Assembly (NCBI GenBank): GCA_965237905.1
Contig: OZ250172.1
Coordinates: forward strand, 1,472,001 to 1,536,000
Reading direction: 5' to 3'
Origin: Nitrospinaceae bacterium
Lineage (GTDB): Bacteria; Nitrospinota; Nitrospinia; Nitrospinales; Nitrospinaceae
Length of the DNA stretch: 64,000 nucleotides
Below, piece by piece: positions 57,117 to 64,000 of this stretch. Below the pieces are notes generated by a model. It did no database searches. It was not told the origin of the DNA and was given only the letters and a program-made list of their open reading frames with translations. The number at the start of each line of letters is the position of its first letter. Position 1 is the stretch's first letter. The position numbers were made by a program, and so were the translations under genes.

Positions 57117-57659
57117 TTAGGGATTCATCAAGTGGGCGTCTATCAACTTGGTGCCGTTGGCATAGTTCTTCGCCGAAAGTAAGCGCTCATTGTTCAATTG
57201 AAAGTATAGACCCAGCTTGGGATATCGCATCACCTGTGAAGTCAAAGAAGTGGGCAGGCCATATTCACCGATCAGCATTTCGTACTTAACCCCCAGCTTG
57301 ATCCCGCTTGCAGACTTGAACTTTCCTTTAAAGGTAGGCCCCACTTCAATTCCCTCAATTTTAGATCCGCCCGACATGGCCCGCACCACCAAACCGTATT
57401 TGGCATAGGTAATCTCGATACTGTCGCGGTCCGGCGACGTTCCACGAATCACTTTAACCTTGTCGGGAATTCCCAGTAGCACCATTGTACTGCTCAAAGG
57501 CATTCCGGGTTTCACGTTTTCACCGATCACAATTTGACCCGGAGTAAGGGACGCCCCCGGAACCGTGGACCTCTCTTGGGCAATCGCCACACTGGCTATC
57601 AAACTCATTAACAAGACCCAAAACATCGTTTTTCCGGTTCTCACAATGTTCTCCTTCAT
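57117..57659 (-). CDS. Secreted hypothetical protein
   Basis: Signal peptide; two similar halves (LGIPD / YGLPT). Confidence 0.7.
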   Translation of the reverse strand: MKENIVRTGKTMFWVLLMSLIASVAIAQERSTVPGASLTPGQIVIGENVKPGMPLSSTMVLLGIPDKVKVIRGTSPDRDSIEITYAKYGLVVRAMSGGSKIEGIEVGPTFKGKFKSASGIKLGVKYEMLIGEYGLPTSLTSQVMRYPKLGLYFQLNNERLLSAKNYANGTKLIDAHLMNP

Positions 57660-57953
57660 ATGGATTGAATGGAAACAGTAAACCCAACTCCCGAAAACCC
57701 TTCACATCGGGCCGGGGTCGCATAACTTTTTAGGATTCAATGTATTAAATCCAGTATAAGGGATTTAGGATAGATTGGTAGGACTTTTTGCCCTTTATCC
57801 CTAAAATTTCAAGGACTTCGGGCCGCTCCGCGAGGTCCGATTGTGGACGGGGCGGCGGCGTATCGCCGCGAATAGCTTTAAAACTGTAAACCGCGCGTAG
57901 AGATCATCGCCTGCCGTCAACGGTTAGCAAGTTTCCCCTCCCCGTCAGGGGAG

Positions 57954-59279
57954 TCAGTCATTTCCCTCTCCGGGCAGGAGGCGCCTCCGGTCCCGTTTTT
58001 TACGGGTTTTATCGCGCTCAAACTCCCGCCAGCGCCGGGGATCTTCCTTCAACTGGAGCAGGGTGTCCTCGGCCTCCTCTTCCAGCCATAAATCCTCCAA
58101 AACAGAGCCTTTTTTCGCCAATTTTGTGGGTTCTTTCGGCAGGTATTTGCGGCGCTCCTCGGCCTCTTTCTGGGTCAGGCCCAGCTCCATATCCAGCAGA
58201 TCCTTGCCCACTAACCCCTTTTTTCTCTTGGCCAGGGCCTCGCCGCGGAGTTTGATTTCCTTGCCATTGACCAACCCCGATTGCCAGTCCTGCGGGATAC
58301 CAGCCAACCCGTGAACGGCCCCCGCCCAACAACCGACGAGAGCGCCCAGCTTATCCGCCTCCCTCCCCAGATTGAGTGTCCCGGTTAACACGTTCGAAAA
58401 ATCCTGACCCGGCGTCAACAACCGCACCAACGCCAGCGGCAAAATGGTCAGTGCATGTCCCTGCGTCGCATGTACAATTTCCGTTTTGATATAAGAAGAC
58501 GCGTTGTCACAAATCCAGGCCAGCAAATTTTCCAATTGCCCTTGTGAATATTGATTAGCAAGATCGTTCAATGTCCGGCTCATGGCCTCCGGATTTTTTT
58601 CCGCTAACGTAAAGCGGTCCGGATAGTTTTCGCGATACCACGCCTCCGCCGCCTTGCAAAATTCCGCCGTCTCACTCAGCAAGGCCGCACCTTCCGGCAA
58701 TCCCTCTTCATTCAAAAGACGCACGGTAATAAATCCCGTCACCGCCACACCCACGACTTCCCACGGGTGACGGCTCAACAACAGTGCCGCCTCGATACAA
58801 TACTGCATCAACGTTTTGGACGGTCGTTGTTGATACAGGGCAAGCGGCACCGCCATAGAAAAATAACAGGCATAAGCCGAAGCCTGATCTGCCCTCAACG
58901 GCTCGGAGCGATTGGGAATCTCCTGCACGCTTTTATAAAAGCACCCCTCCGGCCGGCGAAACATGCCGAAATAGTTTTCTGGTCCGTGGGCGCTCAATCG
59001 TACCAGCAGATCGCAGATATCCTCGCCGTTCGGTTTTTTGGTTTTCAACAACGAATCGCACACCGCCAGCGCGCGTTGGGTCTGCACCCCATATAATCCT
59101 GCCATGCGGTACTGTTTGATGCCCTTACCGATGAACGGTCGTACGTCATGGTAGCGGTCGACCTGCTTGAAATACTGCTTCACCGTCTCCGGCTTGAGAC
59201 CCTTGACCGACTGCCCCAGCGCATCCCCAATGGCCATGCCCATCCAACTGCCTAATATTTTGTCCTTCAGATCACTCAT
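57954..59279 (-). CDS. ADP-ribosylglycohydrolase family protein, degenerate active site
   Basis: G...GMAIGDALG and GALVG..AGA.HG..GIP..W; canonical TDD and DxDT motifs altered. Confidence 0.8.
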   Translation of the reverse strand: MSDLKDKILGSWMGMAIGDALGQSVKGLKPETVKQYFKQVDRYHDVRPFIGKGIKQYRMAGLYGVQTQRALAVCDSLLKTKKPNGEDICDLLVRLSAHGPENYFGMFRRPEGCFYKSVQEIPNRSEPLRADQASAYACYFSMAVPLALYQQRPSKTLMQYCIEAALLLSRHPWEVVGVAVTGFITVRLLNEEGLPEGAALLSETAEFCKAAEAWYRENYPDRFTLAEKNPEAMSRTLNDLANQYSQGQLENLLAWICDNASSYIKTEIVHATQGHALTILPLALVRLLTPGQDFSNVLTGTLNLGREADKLGALVGCWAGAVHGLAGIPQDWQSGLVNGKEIKLRGEALAKRKKGLVGKDLLDMELGLTQKEAEERRKYLPKEPTKLAKKGSVLEDLWLEEEAEDTLLQLKEDPRRWREFERDKTRKKRDRRRLLPGEGND

Positions 59280-59425
59280 AATCCGTGAAAGGTATCACGA
59301 AACAAACCTGTTTTGCTAGACCGCGCTAAAGTAGCGTGATTAATCACTCCCGGATATTACCTGTCCAAAATACCCGCCAATATTTTATACTGAATGAAAG
59401 TTTCTCAATTTTTCCTGGAGACTCC

Positions 59426-60013
59426 ATGAAGAAAACATGCATGATTAGCATTATGATCTTGATGTTATTTTCAGACCCTGCCTATGGCCATCCCAGAGAT
59501 GTCCCCGTCACCAAACAGGTAAAAACCATAAATCTGTTTTTTAAAGTGCTATCCAAAACCTCCGTTCAAAAATATTCCGACTTGGTCACCCTATTTGGTC
59601 ACCATGGAGATCATGAATACGGAGTTCTAATAGGATTTTTTCCTCAAATTGACTTTTCAAAAGTTGAATGGTCGAACTTACCACCTGAGGTTAGGGAATT
59701 TTTAAAAAAATACACTCCCCCTCAGGAAAAAAAATCGAGATATTTGCAATGTATCAAATTTTCAGAACCTGATAAGTTTGAAGACAATTTAAAAATAGAT
59801 ATTCAACTCCCGCCCAAATTTATAGGATCCTATAACGACAGAGAATTTACGGTAACCAGAGGAGACCGCACCTATATGTTCCAATTCGATTCCGATGAAA
59901 CAATGATCAACCGCATGATATTTCCCAACGGGAAAAATGAAATCGAGTTACTAGATCAATGCCCAAAACTTATAAAACTGGATGTGGAAATCCCCAAAAT
60001 AAATAAAAAATAG
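59426..60013 (+). CDS. AT-rich secreted hypothetical protein
   Basis: SD GGAG, MKK signal peptide ending AYG, low GC. Confidence 0.7.
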   Translation: MKKTCMISIMILMLFSDPAYGHPRDVPVTKQVKTINLFFKVLSKTSVQKYSDLVTLFGHHGDHEYGVLIGFFPQIDFSKVEWSNLPPEVREFLKKYTPPQEKKSRYLQCIKFSEPDKFEDNLKIDIQLPPKFIGSYNDREFTVTRGDRTYMFQFDSDETMINRMIFPNGKNEIELLDQCPKLIKLDVEIPKINKK

Positions 60014-60045
60014 TGATTAATGCCTGGCTATTCTCTGCGGTGCTA

Positions 60046-60074
60046 AATCCCCCCAGCCCCCTTCAAGAAGGGGG
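60046..60074 (+). repeat. REP-like repeat, copy 3
   Basis: AATCCCCCCAGCCCCCTTCAAGAAGGGGG between convergent genes. Confidence 0.72.
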
Positions 60075-60080
60075 AGTTTT

Positions 60081-60851
60081 CTATTCCACGGGGATGAGGA
60101 CGGAGGGGGTGCTTTGGCGGGCGGGGAAGAGGGTGGCAGGGTGGTCGCCCAAAACCCTACGGGCGTAATCCATTGCGATTTCCGGATGGTTGTTGGATTC
60201 GCTCAGGTGCATCAATACTACCGTTTTAAGCGCATCGTGTTTTACCTGCGCCAGCAGATCGGCGCAGGCCTCGTTCGACAAATGGCCAACGTCGCTTTGG
60301 ATTCTCTGCTTGAGCGGCCACGGGTAAAATCCGTTCTCCAGCATGCGTTCGTCGTGATTCGATTCCACTAGCAGGGTGTCGCAGTCTTGCAATTTCTCTA
60401 CGATGCGCGGGGTGATCCGGCCCAAGTCGGTGATATGCCCGAGCTTCTTTGATCCACAGCGCACCACATAAGCGACCGACTCCGCCGCGTCGTGCGGGGT
60501 ACCGAACGACTCGACCGTTAAATCCCCGACTACGGCTTCGTCCTCTCTCTCAAGGGTCCGCCAGTCGACGTCGGGGCTGACGTGCCGCCGCAGTGCTTCC
60601 CGCGTGCCGCGCGTGCCGTAAACGGGTGTGCCGTGTTTTTTGGTGAGGGCTCCCGCGCCGCTGATATGGTCGGAATGTTCGTGGGTGAGAAACAAAGCTG
60701 TAACGTCCTGCGGCTCGCGCCGGATATGTTCCAGCCGCTTTTTCAGGACGCGCGGACCAAGACCAATATCGATCAGGATACGCGCCTGGCCGCTTTCGAT
60801 ATAGACGGCGTTACCCTTACTGCCGCTGGCGAGTACGGAAAACTGAAAAAT
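60081..60851 (-). CDS. MBL-fold metallohydrolase (YycJ/WalJ-like), apparent ATT start
   Basis: Frame extends 52 codons upstream of the TTG call: FQFSVLASGSKGNA...LIDIG...THEHSDH, PHDA, ESNHD, GHLSN, HLS..NN. Confidence 0.88.
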   Translation of the reverse strand: MFQFSVLASGSKGNAVYIESGQARILIDIGLGPRVLKKRLEHIRREPQDVTALFLTHEHSDHISGAGALTKKHGTPVYGTRGTREALRRHVSPDVDWRTLEREDEAVVGDLTVESFGTPHDAAESVAYVVRCGSKKLGHITDLGRITPRIVEKLQDCDTLLVESNHDERMLENGFYPWPLKQRIQSDVGHLSNEACADLLAQVKHDALKTVVLMHLSESNNHPEIAMDYARRVLGDHPATLFPARQSTPSVLIPVE

Positions 60852-60978
60852 GGTTTTTCCCCTTTCTGCGCCCTCTACCGAGGGAGGATACTGGCTGACG
60901 ATTCATTGCAACCGATGAGTCCCGTGCGCAATTTAAAAATGAGTCCAGCGTCACGCTGGTTCGCCCCACGCGGAGCGG

Positions 60979-62466
60979 TCAATCGTGCTCGATCTGGGCT
61001 TTTTGCAGTGTGCCGCTGTAATCGACATAGACCGATTTCCATTCGGAAAAAATTTCGAGCGCCGTGGTGCCCGCTTCGCGATGGCCGTTGCCGGTGCCCT
61101 TGGTGCCGCCGAACGGCAGTTGGATTTCCGCGCCGATAGTCGACGCGTTGATGTAGGTAATTCCGGTATCCAGGGTTTCGATCGCTTTGAAGGCCCGGTT
61201 AACATCGCGCGTGTAAATGGCGGAGGACAGGCCGAATTTAGAATCGTTGACGATCTCCACCGCCTGTTCGAAGCTGTTGCAGGGGATGATGCCGAGCACC
61301 GGCCCGAAAATCTCCTCCTGCGCAATACGCATTTTGGGGGCCACATCGGCAAAAATCGTCGGCTGATAAAACGACCCGTTCTTGCAATCCTTGCCCGTGG
61401 CATGGTCGCCGCCGGTGAACAGTTTAGCACCTTCGTTCTTGCCGATTTGAACGTAGTTGTGCACCTTGGTGCGTTGGCTTTCGTTGATGAGCGGACCAAC
61501 GTCGGTTTTGGCATTGAGCCCGTCGCCCAGCTTCAGGGTTTTGGTGCGCGCGACCAGCAAGTCGATGAATTTTTTCACGATCTTTTTGTGAGCGATGACG
61601 CGGCTACAGGCGGTGCACCGCTGGCCGGTGGTGCCGAACGCGCCGAAGAGAACGCCTTCCACCGCAAGATCGAGATCGGCGTCGTCCATCACGATAATGG
61701 CGTTCTTGCCGCCCATCTCCAGGGAATACTGCTTCATGTTGCGCGCGCAGGAGGACGCGATCACTGCGCCGGTATCGGTCGATCCGGTGAAGGAAACGAG
61801 GTTGACCTTGTCGTGTTCGATCATGGGCGTGCCGACTTCAGTGCCGGAGCCGGTGACCAGATTCAATACGCCGGGGGGCAGTCCGGCTTGTTCACATATC
61901 TTGACGAAATTGACGACCGACAACGGCGTATCCGTCGCGGGTTTGATGATCACGGTGTTGCCGCAAATCAGTGCCGGCACCAGTTTCCATGACGGAATGG
62001 CGATGGGAAAGTTCCACGGGGTGATGGCAGAAACAACACCGACGGGCATCCGCACGGACATACAGAATTTATTTTTGAGTTCGGAGGGAACCGTTTCGCC
62101 GAGCAATCGGCGGCCTTCCCCGGCGGTGTAGTAGGTGAGGTCGATGGCCTCCTGCACGTCGCCGCGTGTTTCGCTGATCACCTTGCCCATTTCGCGCGTC
62201 ATGTCCTGTGCCAGAGATTCCTTTTGTTGCAGGAGCAGTTCGGCGACCTTGAACAGGATTTCCCCGCGCTTGGGAGCGGGAGTGGATCGCCATTTGGAGA
62301 GCGCCTCTGCGGCGGCTGAGATGGCTTCGTTCGCGTCTTTTTGATTGGATTTCTGGAACCGCCCCAAGACCTCGTTGTGATTGGCGGGGTTTACGTTTTC
62401 AAACGTTTCTCCGCTGGAAGACGCTTTCCATTGGCCGTTGATATAGTTTTTGAATAATTTTGACAT
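60979..62466 (-). CDS. Aldehyde dehydrogenase family protein
   Basis: ITPWNFP, FTGS, EMGGKN, GQRCTA, EEIFGP, PFGG.K. Confidence 0.96.
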   Translation of the reverse strand: MSKLFKNYINGQWKASSSGETFENVNPANHNEVLGRFQKSNQKDANEAISAAAEALSKWRSTPAPKRGEILFKVAELLLQQKESLAQDMTREMGKVISETRGDVQEAIDLTYYTAGEGRRLLGETVPSELKNKFCMSVRMPVGVVSAITPWNFPIAIPSWKLVPALICGNTVIIKPATDTPLSVVNFVKICEQAGLPPGVLNLVTGSGTEVGTPMIEHDKVNLVSFTGSTDTGAVIASSCARNMKQYSLEMGGKNAIIVMDDADLDLAVEGVLFGAFGTTGQRCTACSRVIAHKKIVKKFIDLLVARTKTLKLGDGLNAKTDVGPLINESQRTKVHNYVQIGKNEGAKLFTGGDHATGKDCKNGSFYQPTIFADVAPKMRIAQEEIFGPVLGIIPCNSFEQAVEIVNDSKFGLSSAIYTRDVNRAFKAIETLDTGITYINASTIGAEIQLPFGGTKGTGNGHREAGTTALEIFSEWKSVYVDYSGTLQKAQIEHD

Positions 62467-62667
62467 GGGACACCTCTGATCTTTCAGGCGTTAACCAAAT
62501 TGCGATGAAGAAGATGAAGGGTTTGATGTATTTCAATGTGCGCCAAAACGCACCCAAAAATCCGTTGAGACGAGAACGCTCAAGCGGGAAGTGATTTCAC
62601 CTTCGAATATAACAAAAGGCCAAGGGAAGTCAAGGTGCAGGTAAGAATACCGGGGACGCTTTAAAAG

Positions 62668-63744
62668 TCAGGGGGTCAGAATTTTCTGAATATCGGCCTC
62701 GGCGACGCGGTCGACGATTTCCACGGTGCCAATATCACGCACCAGAACGAAGCGGATATTTTTGTCGTGCGCTTTTTTGTCCCGGTACAGGGTTTCGATG
62801 TACTCGCTGGCAGAGAATTCCGGCAGGCGCGAGGGCAGGCCGTATTGTTCGACCAGAGCCTCTATTTTTTGTACCACTGCTTTGGAGCATTGCCCCAGTT
62901 GGCAGGACAGTTTGGCGGCGTAGACCATACCGATGGCAACGGCTTCGCCATGCTTGAACTGGGAGTAACCGGTCAACGCTTCAATAGCGTGCCCGATGGT
63001 ATGGCCGAAATTCAAGACCATGCGGTAATTGCTTTCCCGTTCGTCGCGCTCCACGATTTTGGCTTTGATGGCGCAGGAAGTTTCGATGATGTGTTGGAGG
63101 CACTCCGTGTCCTGTTCCAGAATTTTTTCGGAGTTCTGTTCAAGGAAAGCGAACAGCTTGGGATCTTCGATGACTCCGTATTTGATGATTTCGGCCATAC
63201 CGGCACGGAATTCATCGAACGGCAGGGAGCGCAGGCTGTCGAGATCGATCGCTACCAACTGAGGCTGATAGAACGCGCCGATCAGGTTTTTCCCCTGGGG
63301 ATGGTTGACGGCGGTTTTCCCGCCCACACTGCTGTCCACTTGTGACAGCAGTGTGGTGGGAACCTGGATATAAGGTACCCCTCTCATGAAAGTTGCCGCG
63401 ATAAATCCGGTCAGATCGCCGATGACTCCACCTCCCAGGGCCACCAGCAGTGTGTTGCGGTCGTATTGGTTTTCGATCAGATGATCGTATACCGTTTGGG
63501 CGTCCTGCAGGGTTTTGTGCGTTTCTCCCTCCGGGATTTCCGCACATTCTATTTCCAGACCTGCGCTTTGGAGTCCTTCGGATAAAACTTTTCCGTAGAG
63601 TTTGTTGACGACGGGATTCGTGACTACCAGAGCCCGGCGGGTTCGTTCCCGGTGCACAAGATGATCACCCACGCGGGGAAGGAGGTTCCGGCCGATCAGG
63701 ATATCGTAACTCCTGTCGGCCAGATCAATCCTCAGTTTCTTCAT
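62668..63744 (-). CDS. aroB: 3-dehydroquinate synthase
   Basis: GGGVIGD, PTTLLSQVDSSVGGKT, KNLIGAF, LNFGHTIGHAIE, HGEAV. Confidence 0.97.
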   Translation of the reverse strand: MKKLRIDLADRSYDILIGRNLLPRVGDHLVHRERTRRALVVTNPVVNKLYGKVLSEGLQSAGLEIECAEIPEGETHKTLQDAQTVYDHLIENQYDRNTLLVALGGGVIGDLTGFIAATFMRGVPYIQVPTTLLSQVDSSVGGKTAVNHPQGKNLIGAFYQPQLVAIDLDSLRSLPFDEFRAGMAEIIKYGVIEDPKLFAFLEQNSEKILEQDTECLQHIIETSCAIKAKIVERDERESNYRMVLNFGHTIGHAIEALTGYSQFKHGEAVAIGMVYAAKLSCQLGQCSKAVVQKIEALVEQYGLPSRLPEFSASEYIETLYRDKKAHDKNIRFVLVRDIGTVEIVDRVAEADIQKILTP

Positions 63745-64000
63745 TGATTGGTGAACGACGTTTCACTCCGCACTATGGTCGGAGTAACGAAAATCAGCAA
63801 TTCAGAAATATCGTCCTGCTCTGAGCGGTTTTTGAATAGATAGCCGATGATGGGAATATCGGCAAAGAAGGGTACATTGTTACGGTTTTCGGAAGTCGAT
63901 TTCTGATAGAGGCCGCCCAGCACGGTGGTGGCTCCGTTGTACACCAGAACTTCCGTAAACGCTTCCTTGGTGGCAATCGTAGGAATGCCCAGGACCGTTC
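63741..64000 (-). CDS. pilQ: Type IV pilus secretin, C-terminal part
   Basis: T.VLV.NG.TTVLGGL, VPFFADIPIIGYLFK, ELLIFVTPTI; overlaps the aroB start. Confidence 0.88.
   Translation of the reverse strand, partial: TVLGIPTIATKEAFTEVLVYNGATTVLGGLYQKSTSENRNNVPFFADIPIIGYLFKNRSEQDDISELLIFVTPTIVRSETSFTNQ

Noticed and set aside
60696..60851. Frameshift in the MBL hydrolase
   Set aside because: Hand translation shows the N-terminal region is in frame; only a canonical start codon is missing
60985..61992. Long antisense ORF (335 aa), and similar ones at 1181..2017, 6555..7214, 9711..10487 and 36391..37164
   Set aside because: Shadow or alternate frames of well-supported GC-rich genes, with no recognisable motifs

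Overview
A 64-kb bacterial chromosomal window of moderate GC, mostly housekeeping and envelope genes. Gene content and Geobacter-like pilins suggest a Nitrospinota-like or related diderm, but this is inference only. The left edge (1-363) is AT-rich and ends in a tmRNA/tRNA 3'-end-like fragment, probably the att boundary of an island lying outside the window. Next come selO, a Tat-exported intradiol dioxygenase, a MoxR-DUF58-transglutaminase operon (transglutaminase frameshifted), a slipin gene behind a strongly structured leader, an ankyrin gene broken by an exact 110-bp duplication, a CGNR/ABATE-SDR module with twin palindromic operators, and an ArsR mini-operon with two matching operators. 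The most striking part is 21.7-53.9 kb, which holds ten GT-C-type membrane glycosyltransferase genes. Its core is a co-oriented locus: two aromatic-rich, Ser/Thr-rich type IVa pilins, each with an identically spaced sigma54+IHF promoter, then a DUF2723/TMEM260-like protein, five YfhO paralogs and a polyprenol-phosphate sugar synthase (GT2). This is a candidate lipid-linked pilin O-glycosylation system. The right end has nadD-rsfS-dksA-lapAB, a degenerate ADP-ribosylglycohydrolase, an MBL hydrolase that appears to start at ATT, an aldehyde dehydrogenase, aroB and the end of pilQ. No rRNA, complete tRNA, CRISPR array or transposase was found. All family calls are by motif recognition, not database search.
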